Source: Adineta vaga
Lineage: Eukaryota; Animalia; Rotifera
Reading direction: 5' to 3'
Length of the DNA: 64,000 nucleotides
Assembly (NCBI GenBank): GCA_021613535.1
Contig: CP075495.1
Location: 11,718,001-11,782,000, forward strand
The position numbers and the translations under genes were made by a program. How positions within the stretch are numbered: the first letter of the stretch is position 1; every line of letters starts with the position of its first letter. This document shows positions 37,720 through 52,382 of the stretch, piece by piece. The notes below the pieces were generated by a model that saw only the letters and a list, made by a program, of their open reading frames with translations, was not told where the DNA came from and did no database searches.

Positions 37720-40700
37720 GAATAGACCATTCACTGATAATGTTTTAAAAAAAAAGGCAGGATCTTCAAATAAAAAAAAAACGATATGTCGACAAAGTAG
37801 TTCACTATACATCATTCAAGAAAAGGATTTTTATTGAAAATGTCACAGAAATGTTTTCGAGTCACAACATTTATTTCGTACGCCTGACACCTTACTTTTT
37901 TTCTCTTCTCTGACGTCAATCGACAACTATATTTGATTAATAACCAGTTATGGTGCGGGTTTTGCAAGGTAAAGGTAAATATCAAAGCATTTTAGTTCGA
38001 ATACAAGTGAATATATATATATACATAAATTCATAAAATCATAAAATCATTTATCATTTTCATCAACACCTACATAGACAAAAATGATCTTTTTTCTTAC
38101 GAGTACAATCGTGTGAAATCTGAAGACACCGCACGTTCCGCTTCAATCTGTCGTATGTCAGTATATTAATCTGATCCAGAACGAAAAACAATGCTCTCAT
38201 CATGTGCATTTGAGACGTGATGATAAACAAAGTGCACGGAAGTGACAGAAAAAAAAGAAAAAGAAATATGTAACTACACCTACTCATTCGTACGTTTTCT
38301 AATCAATGATATACATTAATTCATGATTTTATTTTTCTTTAATAGTACACACAAGATTCTATCATTAGACAGAAGATATTTCTTACCACTTTTATATCGT
38401 CTTAACAGCTTGTAAAATACCTATTAAAAAAACAACACACACACATCGAAATATAGAACGTACTGACTTATTATCTTAGAAATCAATACTATTAAGAAGA
38501 GTTCCCGTTGAGAGAATGATTGAACCAAATAACCTACTATATTTTGTATGAATGAATATAACTATGATAGTAATGGTAAAAAAGGAAAATCGAGTTTTCT
38601 AACTAAAAAAAAGAAAAATCATTTTTCTTTCTGTCATTCTATTTCACGTTTGCAAACAGAAATAGTAAAAACAAATTTAAGAAAGAAAAATTGTCAATGG
38701 TTTTTATATAAACTCGATGCTACATTGTAATATAACAATGGTTCTCATAAAAGCTTAAAAGCTAGGTATGAAAAACAAACCGTCTGAACCAGAGAATAAT
38801 AGATTATCATTATTTTGAATAATTAGAGAAGAAAACAAATATGAAAAGTATAGAAGAAATGATTAAATGGTTTTGATTTAGTCATGTATTAATACGAGAA
38901 CGACTATATAGGTTTGTTAGTTAGTTTTCTTTTTGAGCGGTTCGTCTCAGCTATGTCTATGTGCATTGTTGAGTTTTCTCGAATGTTAGCTTCTTTTTTC
39001 TTCTTCAAGGCGAGGATAAAAGATAAAGCTTAAGAAGAAAAGAAAGAGAGAAAAAAAGAGAAAAACTAAAAAAGATATGATAAGCAGCCATCATCAGGCA
39101 TTAGTCTCGTTTTTGCTACTATACGCCTCCATACTCACGAATAGAAAATGTTTGAACGTCAAAACACGTAAAAAAATTTATAATAAACAATCCTTATATA
39201 TATATATATATATATATCAGCCAATGAATACTGAAGCATCACGAGTCAATGTAACGAATCGTTATTTGTTTATTAATGAAGAGATTATCATAATAATTGA
39301 AGATTTTTGGCTTTTTTCTCTCGATCATATGAAATCTTTCAAATTATATTCTTATCGTATTCTCGTCTGTTTTTCCTTTCTTTCACAAAACTACAAAGAA
39401 ACATTTCCGATTGAGACTATGAAAATATTTATATTCAAATTTATGAATGACACAACTACGACATGTATACACATGCATAAATACATCTATATATATTTAT
39501 ATTGATTATATATTTGTTGTTTAGAAAGAAAAAACAAACGACATATTTTTATACTCCTATGATTTGGTTTTCTTTTTCTTTAATTAGTTATTTATTTCAA
39601 GTGAATGAGGCGAACAGATTTCTGTATGTACATGTTTCTCCTCAATGAAAATCTTTGAAAACAAAAATCAATACATCCTATTTCTGCATAACAAAATAAT
39701 GTTTTATAAATATTTCAGTAACTCAACGTAGTTACATTTTCTCGCTTCAATCGTCTCTCGTTTTTTATGTATTCAAAAATGTTTACTATCGATAATAAAT
39801 AAGAAAAAAAAGACTTACTTTCTTCCTTCTTTTTTTATTCAAATATAATATGTACATACGTGTTGTCTTTTGTCTTCGTCAATGTCTCGTCAATTTTCGA
39901 AATCAGCAAATATTTTATTTTCTCTATTTTATTTGTTAACACGCATGCATGAAGTTTTATGCATTAATATTTCTTTCAAAAGCACGATTCAATCAAGGTG
40001 CCTATGTGAAATATTGACATCTGTATTTTGAAAATTGATTTAGTTATATGAATAGGAATTTATCATGTCGAAAGAATACCAAAAGAGAGACAACGTCATT
40101 AAACAATATAATCGTGACATTTAACATCATTTGTTTCAATAAAGAAAAATGTATATGCGCAATATATTCTCGATTATTTTTCCGTAATTAATATTGAAAA
40201 TAAATCATAAAATTTACAAAGTCGTCTATATTCAATGTAGTTTGAGAATTTTAAATCAATACATAGTTTTCCTTTGAATGTCAACACCTGCAATTTAGAA
40301 TCTACATTGTACTTTGATGTAGTTGATTATTAAGAATCTTTACTAACTATTGAACGTGAATTTTTTTCTAAAATTAATATAAAACAAGTGAAAAATAAGA
40401 TTTACTATTCAGAAATCTCATTCATATTAATGAAGGAAAAATGATCATTGAAAAGGGAATCATTTGAATATATTTGAATCAAATTTCTGTTATATTATAT
40501 TAAAAAACATCATAAGAAGAATTGATTGTAACAATAGTCATCTTTTTTGCGAAATATATCTATCAAATTTCTTTTCAAATAATCGAGATATTTTAGTAAC
40601 AAAAATCTTTCATGATCATGATCATTATCATCATTTGCAAAAACTAGGTTTTATTTTTCAATCATTATACTATTTTTATCATCACAAATTACATATAATG

Positions 40701-40816
40701 AATGTATTATCGTTAAGTTATTAACGACGACAACAACAACAACAACAAAAAGCACGTTCTAAATAGCAATGAAAGACAAGAAATAGATTTTGAGAAAAAA
40801 ACACAGATATCAAATT

Positions 40817-41405
40817 CTATGATTGAGATGATGATTTTTGTGTAGTCGGAGTTTGTTCTGATTTACGATCTTTCTTTTTTTCTTCATCTTTTTTGATTGG
40901 TATTAAACGTTCAACAATCGTTTTCCTTTGATCATCATCTTCATCATCCATATCAGCGCGATCAGCATATTCAGCTAATTCAGGATCTTCTTCGGATTCT
41001 TCATCCGAATCTTTACTTGCAATATCATCTTCAATTTCATTACGAAGATCTTTAGCAATCATGTCACGAAATGTATAATCTTCCGACGTCCAAAAGCCAT
41101 CTTCATTACCAGTCGGTTTTTCATAGAATTTCTTTGTTTCTTCATCAGGAATGAAACCATTGGACTTCGATGATGATGATGATGATGGTTGAGAATGACA
41201 ATGTTTTTTGTTATTATAAGATTCACTGGTGATTCCATAGGAAGAATGACGAGAAGATGGAGATCGAGATCGAGATCGTTCAAAACGTTTGTTCTTAAAT
41301 TAACAAAAGAAAACAAATCAATGAAATACTCAAAGAAATCTTTCTATCATAATATGCTTGTGAGCCTTTCCACTTCTTCGTCGCATATTTCCACCCACGT
41401 TTCAT
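40817..41405 (-). CDS. Hypothetical protein with RS-rich and acidic segments; 5' end uncertain
   Basis: Open exon ~41294-40817 after a polypyrimidine/AG acceptor (NKRFERSRSRSPSSR..DGFWTSEDYTFRDMIAKDLRNEIEDD..); possible first exon MKRGWKY at 41405 lacks a clear donor. Confidence 0.5.
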
Positions 41406-42144
41406 GCTACTTTGACTCAAAACTTAATCAGTAAAAATCGCACCGTAGGTTTTCTTCTCTCAAGACATGCTACTGTACACAGTAAGCGGATGTCACTCAC
41501 ACTAACATATCATAGATAGTTGCTTATACAAGCTGAGCTGCATATATGCCTGCAGTGTATAATAAATTCTCGCTTTTCAATTTACTTAAAAAAAAAAGAA
41601 TAAGCTCTTTGCATCCTGAAATTAATATGATTCATAGATACATATGCCTTAGGTAAGAAAAGAATTAAGAATGTATTCTATTCGACAATATCCTTTTCAT
41701 TCATTGAAAATCATCGATAGAACTCACTCGATTATTTGAATCATCATTTGATTTCTCCCAACGTGAATACGATCGACGACTCATGTTTTTTTACAAAAAA
41801 AATATTATATATAATAATCTTCAAATATAAATAAATCATACAGATTAAATCAATTACATTATATTTTTATGCAGAATAGCTGAATATTATTCGATTAATT
41901 AAAAAAACAAAATTGATTATAATTCGAAAAATAAAACAAAAGAAATTACAGCACACTAGAGGAAAAGCTGGGAATACTAGGAAATTTGCACACACCATTT
42001 TCTTTCATTATGTTATCCATTTGTTTCAACACATTGCCATACATGTATCGACTGATTCCATGAAAATAATAATATAATAATATGACTAGTAGGCAAAATA
42101 TAAATGGAAATTCCATAAATAAAAACCGGAGTTCTTGTGTTGAT

Positions 42145-45100
42145 CTACCACAATTGAGTAAATTCAATGTTTGACCAATGTTCTTCACGTTTTTTCCAAT
42201 AGGAATGCGAAGAATCTTCTTCGCGAATAAGCTCATATGAGTCACCATCTTTTCTAAACCATCTTGGACCGTTTGTAGAACTGGCACGTGAACGTTGAGC
42301 CTCTTCGATACGGGCTTTTTCTTTTTCAGCAAGCTCAACTTGTCCTGATTCAAGATAACTGATCAAAGAAAAAGATATTCTAAATATTATCTTATAAACA
42401 TGATATTTACCGTTGATCGGGTCGAAAACGTGTATCCGTGGGTGGTAATTGTTGACGAAGATCATCATCAAGTTCATTCAATTCAATAGCAAACCGAGTA
42501 AAACCATAATATTGTTTCGAATTCTCTGGAACAGCACCTATATATTCAATAGAATATACAATTTTACAAAAACTTCAAATATTAAGTAAATTACGTACTT
42601 TGTTTCCAAATACTTCTAGCTGTTTGATCATTTCCACAAAGAACTTCTTCGTGCCAATGACCAAATATTTTCTGTACTACTTTACCTGTCGCATCTTCAA
42701 TATCACCTGCAACGTTATTCAAACGTGTTCGATAATCACTCTAAAATATGAATATTTGACATGCGTCTACAAATAGAAGCAATAAATAAAAGGAATACAA
42801 ACTTGAATGAAACTAATTCGAGCTTTTGTTCCTAGGGAACTTTCAACGAGAACATCACCATAATGATCAATCCATCGGTCGGATGAAAGAACATTATGTA
42901 TACACATTTTACATTTATTCCATGTTATAGTTTCATTATATTTTGGAAAAAATAAAACATTTAACGAATCAGGAAATATTTCTATAGAAGAAAAACAACA
43001 CAGTTAATTATCTCTTAATCAAACGTAAATCAACTTTACCCATTGATTTTCCCCAGAATTTGATCTTTGCTTGTAATTCTAAACAAGAAAACAAGCTGAA
43101 TTTCTTTTCATTCTAGAAATTTTTCCTATCGGATTACTTTGTGAATATGTAAAATTTGGCGAATCACAAGTACAAACACTTATCGGTGGATGATGACTAA
43201 CCTATAATTCCAAAAAAAAATTATCCAATTTTTAATTCTCTTCTAATCATCTCTCAAGATTACTTGTTCAGCAATGAATTTCCAACCTTTATCTTCTCGT
43301 ACACATTCATAGGTTTCGCCTAGTAATGGATTGAAATTTTTTCTTCCTGTCCGATAATAATTAGCAGAATATGTTGAAACAATAAATGTAGCTACATAAA
43401 CAAGACGGAGATGAATATCATCGGTTTGCGATGCACGATCAAGTAAATCCGAATATTCCATTTCTTCACATAATTTCTGTAATAAACCTAATGGTTCATT
43501 TAGAATAACTGGTAATGCTATACGAGATAAATCTTTGCCAATTGCTTTACGCATTATATTCCATAGACCAACATTGGATGTATCGGGAGCACTAGCTGCT
43601 AATGAACAACGACGCCATTTCATTTGAGGTGGTTCTAGAAAGACGTGTTAATCATACATGAAATAAAAATAGAAAGACTTTATTTACTTAATTGAGGTGG
43701 GACTGATGATTGCCGATCAAAATCACCGGGACGACTTTCATCCTCACCATAACTTGACGATTCAGAATCAGACTATAATAAAACGAATAGAATTGTTCTT
43801 TATGCAATGATGAGTTAAATATATTTGAAGACTAATTAAATCTAGGATTCTAGAAAGCTCTGTCTGTCTTTTACTTTGTATATATAGAGCAAAGAGAGAA
43901 AATTCTACATAGATGATTTCGAGACGAACAAGCATATCATACCGATGATGAAAATAAGTGCAATAACCGAATATATGTCATATTTTCTGCTGAAATATTC
44001 ATTCTTTTTAAAAAACTAAGCCACGTTTCCGTTCTTTTAATACAATCCATTTAGCTGTCCTACGTCGTCGAATGCAAATATGAACACCCAAACATTCTTA
44101 ACAGTCCCAACGTATCAATTTTAACAACAAACACTTTCTCTTATCAGTATGTGTTCTACATTGTAATGCTACATATCTCTTCGATTAAGATAATCTAATT
44201 TCAATAAGAACTTGCAAGAGTACTACTTACTAATTTCCCCATTTCATCTTTGTTTCCATCTAAACTGATCGAATTCAACGCTTCGGGTGCATCATAAAAA
44301 ATCGATCCTTCCCTTGAGAGAGTTGCTCGAGATGAAATGGAATTATAGCCATATTCACCTTCTGACATTGATGAATTATTCTATTAAAGAAGTACATTAT
44401 AAGATTAATTTCATGTTTTTCTCAATAAGTACGAAAAACTTATCATTTACCAATGATTGTTGCTGTTGTTGCTCCAAAGCAAAAGTAGATAGACGTTTAT
44501 GAAGATCATTTAAATTATCAAAAACTAAAATATAACGCATTCGGTCAGTTTATCATTGCTTAACGACAAATTCAAGTCAAACCTTTTTTAGCTGCATTAT
44601 AATAATCTTGTCGTTGAAGATCTACTAATGTAAACGAATTTATACTACTAATACTGGCTGATGGTGTATGACCACCTGATTTTGTTCCATCCTAGTTAGA
44701 ATAAAATAATTAACGTATCAAATTGAAAAAATATATTTACTGTTGATTTTGAAGAGGTACTAATAGACACCGGTGTGCTATTAGTATTGATTTTAATATT
44801 TTCTAGAATACCGGCTAGGTTACTCAATTTTACTTGAAGATCAGAAAACTCTATTTTTATAGAAGCAAGAATATAACATAATTCAATGAATAAATATAAT
44901 ATTACCATTATGAAAAAGACGATCAGTTGACGATAAAGCACTAGAAAAAAAACCAAGAAAGATATATCCATTTTCTTGAAAATCATAATTTACTTATTGG
45001 TAGTTTCATTTTCATTATTGTTTTGTGTGTTATCATTTGAAATCATTGGATTTCGTCGTTCCAATACGCTTTGTCGATAACATCTATGTATCGCAATTTG

Positions 45101-45898
45101 TTCTAACCATTGTTCAAATAATTTTTTTTCTTTCGTTTTTAAATGATAGACACAATTAGCGTCATCAATATTTATTCGTCGAGATTCACGAATAAATGTC
45201 ACAATACATAAACCAATGTCGCATTTACCGTTTAAACGACCGCGTTTTACCTTCAAATACAGAACAATAAATTCTGTTCACTTTTGAAACGAAAAACAAA
45301 AACAAAAACTTACACTTTGTTCAGATTTACCATAGGTCATTATACCGTTTTCTAATTTAAAAAAACGTTTATGCCAACCTTGATATGGCCATTTACGTCT
45401 TTTCATTAAATAACTAGTTAATGTAATCATTAATTCTGATGGATCTCCGCTTAACATCGGTGGTAAGAGGTCTGCATTATATATCTGAAAAATGTTTTGA
45501 AAATAATAATTTTTTTTACAAGAAAATTTTATTCAATTACCTTTCTTTGTTTTGGTCGTTTTTGAGTAGCTGTTGTTTTTGATTTGTCATTTGTTATTCC
45601 GGATATTTCATCATCGGAATCATCGCCATTATCCGAATCAGTAAGAGCCTTAATGAAGAATTAAGGTCAAATCATCTTGATCATTCAAAAATCAAATAAA
45701 GATAAAGAAAGGACGAATTTTTCTCACTTCTTCAGCTACATTTTGTACATTATCTTCAGTCGATGGAGTTAGTACACTCGATTTATTTGCTGTTGTTTTA
45801 CGTTTTCTTGGAAAAAGATGAATTTCATAGACAGGATCATTTTGTATTTCCCCGAATGTTTTCAAACGCAATGGTTTCTTACTTTTTTCGTCACTCAT
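42145..45898 (-). CDS. Oxysterol-binding protein-related protein (ORP3/6/7-like: PH, FFAT-like motif, ORD), multi-exon
   Basis: [91 protein letters not shown], terminal LW*. Confidence 0.92.
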
Positions 45899-48160
45899 CG
45901 TCAGGTCAAATGAGTTTGCGAGAATAATCAAACGCTACTCTTGTATTTTTTTTTCGATGACGAAAACAAGTTACGAACAACGAATAATTTCTTTTTCTCT
46001 TCTCTTTGCTCGTATGTTTCGTCCTTTGAAGGTACGCTTGTCGAAAATAAACGAAGAAGAAAAAAAAATAAAACAGACGCATACATTTCTTTCGAAGGAC
46101 ACAGATGGGTAAACGTGTTCTTTTTATGAATAAAACAAAAAAAGCGATAGAAAACTTTTTTCATTCATTAAATGTCAACTAATGTATTTTTATTTGATGA
46201 CTATAGATACTGCCTATAGAAATTGATTTCTATTCTTCAAGATGAATCGATGACTTCATGAATAATATGGATTAGAGAACGATGAAATCTTTCAAAATAG
46301 ATGTGATATTTGAGTCTATACACTTACACTTAAAGAACATAAGTAAACTTGCATAGTAAATGATTCCGTAAGATTTTATTAGAATACGACTAGACATTGT
46401 TAATGAAATGAAATCATAGAATTAGTTTTTCTAGATTCGAGAATGTAATATTTAGGAAACCTTTCAAAAATGTACGATCGACGTATTTTTCATTCACCTG
46501 ATCATCAGTTATTGACAACATCTGTGTTCGTATTTGTGATTCGTGTACGAAAGGACGTACGAAAGAATCAAATATTGTTAATAATGATGTATTATTGTCC
46601 ATTCAGAATAAGAGTATAAGACGATGATGATTAATATAATGATAAGTAGAAGTGGAAAATGAGCAAAAACGAATAGTGTGAAAAACAAGAAGAAAGAAAA
46701 GAAGAAGTTCAACTTCCTTTTTCACCATTCTACCGGAAGACGAAGCATATACTTCATTAGATGATTATGATAGAAAGAAAAAAAGGAGAGTGGCATTGCA
46801 TTAAAGATAAACTATTGTCATTTAGGTTTTTTCCGCTTCTCTTTTAGCATAATCGAACGTAATGATTAACTTACAGAACGAGATTTTTGATTTTTTTCTG
46901 TAGAACCAAGTGACATTGATGTCATTGTTTTGTGCATGTTTTATTTCGAATGATTCGAAATTATCAGTCTATTTCATCCATTGATACATCTATGAGATTA
47001 TAAAGAAAAAAAAACGTAATAACTGACATGCAAAAGATTAAGAATAGGAGAGAGAAAAAAAAGAATGAGCAATTTTCTAAACGAATTATTCGATGATTAT
47101 TTCCGGAATATAATAAAAATAGTTATTAGTGAATCATAGAAAAGAAAGTACTTTACTTGTTGTTGTTCTTGATGATTCTCTATCAAATGGGTGGATATAA
47201 AATGGAACCAATCTAGAACAATACACTTGAACAGTTTCTTTCCTTTGCTTATCAAAGATGTCGCTTAGATTATATCAAACAAAATTTGTCATCAATGATA
47301 TTCAAATAATATCTGGCAGACCTTTTATTTCTTCTATTAGTATTTTTTCATAACAATCTAGATATCCTTCTATTGGTTGAATAAAAGATCGTTCTGAAAA
47401 AGTAATTCTCTCTAATGCAATATTCGAAAATACAAACTTAATCGTGTGTGTTATTTTCATCAAACGAACGAACAGTTTCCTCTTCTGATTTCTATAGAGA
47501 CTGTTTCATGTCTATATATTCTGTTGCTGATTTATTCTATCTTGGATCAATATTGAAACTCACTTGATATATTTACTAATCAGACTTTTTGTTTATTGAT
47601 TTTTTTTGCTCACCTCAAAAAGCACATGATCTGAGTGAGAGAAATGGAAAAATACATTTCATTTTTTCAATGTTAGGTATAAACTAGAGCACTTTTAATA
47701 ACTTTCATTCATCATTGGCAAACAATATGCTATTTCATTCACGATTAATAATCGAGAATATTAATTACATCTTAGCTTTGTAGACATGCATCTTGAAATA
47801 TACGAAAGTAAAGTTTATTGGAGCGAAAGGAATCTCGCCTGTTAGTATTTTGCGTAGGCTTTTTTATAAATGTATTTTTAAAGGTGTACTTATGTGTTTA
47901 AAAAATGTACAAATAAGAGAACGGGAATAAACTTTGTACAAGCAACCAGAAACGAATATACAATGCACTCACACAATTAGAGAGAGAAAGAGAGAGAGAA
48001 AAAAAACGTCAAGAAACAGAAAACAACAAAGAAACGTTTAGGAATAGTAAGGATTCATTATCTGACGCACACACACACGTAAGCAGACGCATTGAAGTAT
48101 GAAGAAAAATGAACCTGAGCAAAGAAAAACAAAACATGATATCGAAAAAGTTCTTGTTTT

Positions 48161-50939
48161 TTAAGTGTAACGATATTTTCGTATTGAATCTGTTGTTAAA
48201 TCAACACAAAGTACACATCCATCACGTGTTGTCGTTAACGAACATGGTCGTCGTAAACGTTGAGAATAAGAATCGATAATACGTAGTAAATGACCATGAG
48301 TATCATAGATTTCGATACGAGCAGTACCGTCTTTTTCACATTTTCCAGCTAATAAAAGACCATTTTTATCTACACATAATGCCGTATAAAAGCCTAGAAG
48401 AGCAAAAAAGCGAAAAATTATAAATGAACATAATGATAATGTTTATCTTACCTCCTTTCGATGTTAAAGTAGGCATAAGTTTTGAGTGTGGAGGAAGTGA
48501 TACGGATGTTTGTAATTGTCTATGATAAGATGGAATTAGATCAGGTGGTTGATGAGCAATATGAACATCAACATCAACAATTTGTTGTGGAGTTAAGGAT
48601 GTAATTTGTCGTAAATATTTTCCTTCATAAGATAAAATATGTATTCGATGATCGCCAACAATAATTTCATCTTGTGAACCAACAGTAAATCCTTTGATTG
48701 TCTTAATACCGTATGAACGTAAATCAATTTTATTAATTAAATCACCTGTACGATTGTCAATAATGAAGAATGTGTTATTGTCACAGATAAGTAAAGAATC
48801 TGGATGATGTTCAAATAAAGCAATTTGAACAGGTTCATCAAAAGATGAACATGTTATTTGGTGATGAATAGTAATCTGACTATTTGCAACTGATGATGAC
48901 GATGGATCAGAGTTGACTATGGAAAATTCAGTTATCAATTTACTTTTCCAATCAAGTAAATAAAATGTTGAAGTGGAAGAACGATAAGCAAGACCAGTGC
49001 TAGTTGTATCAAGAAGTGTATCGGTTGCTAGAATACAGAAAGAAAATATTTTTCAATTCAAATTAATCTAAACTTACCAAGATGTCCAAGAAATTTTCCT
49101 TCCCATGTTAAACATTTAATTCGACTATTGCCCGGATCAAGTACATATACTTGTTCTCGTTCTGTACTTTCATCCACAATAACACTCACCGGCATAGATA
49201 ATTCATTTTCACCACGACCACGTTTACCTTTATTATTCAAAAGAAAAGAATGAATCGATTTAAACACAAATCATTCCCTCTATTCGATATTCTTACCAAA
49301 TGACCATAATGGATTATTATGCATGGTTACGTCTACAAGAAATGGTGAACCTGATATTGGTCGATCAAATATTCTTATATCAATTTTATGATTTCCACTT
49401 AGCAATGGTCGAAATATAATTGTATAGATTCCACTTTGTTTATCATGAAAACTGTATTCACATAATTTGCCATATGAATCCCAAATATTAACTGTCAACG
49501 GATCGCCACCATCGATACGTACATTCCCATTATAATCAACCGTTTCAATATGTATAGCACATTGAAGGTTAGCTACTGCTGGTTCAATTTTTGCTCGACA
49601 TAACGGTGGATAAGTTGATGAAACACGTATACGACCAACACTATTTAATGAACGTGCTAAATCTTGTAAAGCTTGATTATGTCGAAATTCAAATTTCATA
49701 AATGAATTTTCACGTGGTTCACCTAATAGAGACATTCGTTCGATACGATCATTTAATTCTTGAATACGTTGTGTTAAAATATGAATATCTGATGCTTGTT
49801 CAAGAACGGCACATTCTTGTTCGATTTTATTTTTTTCATCTAGAAAAAAAGAAAAAGATTTCGGTAGAAGGAAGAAAAGAAATAGATAAAAAGATTTACT
49901 GAGTATAACATTTAATTGATCTTGAAGAACTTTTAATTTATAATCTCGAGTTGTTTTTAATGATTGTAGTAAATTGTTTTGACGATTTTCAACATAACTT
50001 TTAATTTCATTGAACGAACGATTGATGGCCTCAGCTAGAGAAAAAAAACAATTCGATGAAAGAAACATATTTTTATATAGTAAACAAAAATTTACCAGCT
50101 TTTTCCATACTACTATCAAGTCGTGTAACTTCATTTTTAACTGCTTCGAATGCATGATCCAAACAACTAAGAGCTAGAAAAAAAGAAAACAAGAATGATC
50201 TTTTTCTATTATTCAAAATACTGAATAGTTTTCTAATGAGACAAAATCAAGTTAAAGTTATCATTCAAAATGTCAAATGTCAATATATAGATCATCGATT
50301 GATGGTTAGACATATACTTCTAGAAATCACGATGTTTCATCTTACTTTTTGATGCTTTGAAAAACAAGATTTCATTCATACGTTTAATTGCTAATGAAAA
50401 TGGTACGACTGTATGTTCGGCAGAGATTTGATGTTGATCACATAATTGACAGAAAATTTTATCGCATGTTTCACAAAACAATAATTCTTCATTTGTATGT
50501 GAAATACATTTTGGAATAACATCACGTCGTAAACGAACCATTAAATCTAGCAATTGATTTACAATAAACGATGGTGGAAAAGAAGTAACACCACCTACAA
50601 AAAATAAATATTGACATTTAAAACAAAAAAATAAATCATTTATGTACCTCGAGGTAATAGAATATGTTCACGACAAATTGGACCTAAGAAGGAAAGAGAT
50701 TAAGAAGATAATGGAAAAGATGTATTTATCTACATACATTTAATTGCATCGGATCTTGGTTGAGAATTTACAATTCGTTCTAAACATTGTCGACAGACAG
50801 TATGAGAACATGGTAATAATTTTGGTTGATGTTCACGTGAATCAGACGAATATTGATTAATACATGTTGAACATGTTAAAAAATGTTCCGTGAAATCTTT
50901 GGCATTGATATTAATTGTTTCAACTAATGTCGAACCCAT
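48161..50939 (-). CDS. TRIM-NHL protein (RING, B-box, coiled coil, filamin, NHL repeats; TRIM2/3-like)
   Basis: RING CSTC..PKLLPCSHTVCRQCL..CPIC, B-box CISH..FCETCDKIFC..H, filamin GGDPL..GIYTIIFRP..GNH..PISGSPF, NHL-like FG.RGRGENELSMP..V.D.GNSRI. Confidence 0.88.
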
Positions 50940-51008
50940 TTGTTTTTTATTAACGATTTCTAGTTTATTATTCTTAGATGTCTTTCCTTGTCACATTACA
51001 TCTGAAAT

Positions 51009-51016
<8 letters not shown>

Positions 51017-51042
<26 letters not shown>
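51017..51042. repeat. (TA)n microsatellite; others near 15791, 22810, 27049, 39196 and 61159
   Basis: Direct reading. Confidence 0.9.
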
Positions 51043-51046
<4 letters not shown>

Positions 51047-52309
51047 ATATGATCAACATAAACTGACATTGATGCATGATCCGAGAAAAAGAGAAAAAGA
51101 CAAAATAAACTTACTGCAAGGACACACATAACCTTGTCTCTAGCTCGTCAATAGTATTCTTACTACAATAATCTATTCTAGTCGTTAACATACTCAAATT
51201 AGATACATAAAATTAAAGATTGTTTATAAAGATCAAACTACTGATATGATAAAAAAAAAACAAGTACTAACTAAACATCAAGGAGAATGAAGAAAAAAGA
51301 GAATATGTCTATTTCATATCTCTTTCTTTCTCTAAGGAAATTTGATTTATTCAAGGACTTTCATTAAGATAAGAACTCAATTATGAAAATCATGTAGTCA
51401 ATGCTTATCAAACTTTAATATCTTTCTTTTCTCCGTGTCGTTGAAAACTAAAATTCCATTGTATTCTATCAAGTTAGTAAGAAGATTTCTCTGAAGAAAT
51501 GTAAAACGAAAAAAGAAACAAATGAATTAGTTATAGATTATCTGAAAAAAAACTAAGCACGAAATCTTCTGAATTAAAGAAGATTGATTAGTTAGAATAT
51601 TCGAGAAAAATACATACTTTCTATCTATTTATTTAAAAGAATTAATTGGAAAAAAGTGTCTGTTTCTTTTATATCTATATTTACAAAGACGTTCTTTTCT
51701 TTCCCTATGTCTATTTAACAAAATATAATTAACAAAGATTGATTTTTCCGACTTACTTATGTCCTTGTAAAAATCGCGTGAGCAATGTGTTGATATGATT
51801 TGTATGTAGAAACAACACAATTCGATCGTTCTCTCTTCTTATATTTATTTTGAATGAAAGAAAGAAAAATATTTTTCTTTCAATTAGATCAAACGAAATA
51901 AGAAAAAAAACAAGTTTATCTAGTTGATACAGTTTAGAAAACATATTTCCGTAAAGTAGAATGCTTACTTTTATTTAGTGATGAACATGAAATTTTAGAC
52001 AACTTTGTCATGTTATTCATTCAGTCACACATATTACGAATGAATGACGTTTATGTTACTGATAATAATGCTTACTTACTTATTTCGGGATGGCGCATGT
52101 GAGAAGAAACAAAGAGAAACATTGGAAAAAAAAGAGAAAAGGAAAGACGAAGATGACGACAGGCGTCTATAACTTTCTTTTCTCTTTTTCTTTCGTTTCG
52201 TTTATTCGACGCAAATGAATTGCAGATGAGACGATCATCTGCTTGCTCTTGTGCGTAGTTACTTATAGACCTGCTGATGATGATGATCGATGGAACAAAA
52301 AACATGTAA

Positions 52310-52382
52310 CGCCCGAGCAGGGGCTCGAACCCTGGACATTGTGGTTAAAAGCCACACGCTCTACCGACTGAGCTACCCGGGC
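52310..52382 (-). tRNA. tRNA-Lys (anticodon UUU)
   Basis: Reverse complement GCCCGGGTAGCTCAGTCGGTAGAGCGTGTGGCTTTTAACCACAATGTCCAGGGTTCGAGCCCCTGCTCGGGCG folds as a cloverleaf with A and B boxes; oligo-T Pol III terminator just downstream. Confidence 0.96.

Noticed and set aside
38063-40724. Several 60-142 aa ORFs (38063, 38548, 39077, 40464)
   Set aside because: F/I/K/Y-rich translations typical of AT-rich intergenic DNA; one spans a TA microsatellite; no motifs.
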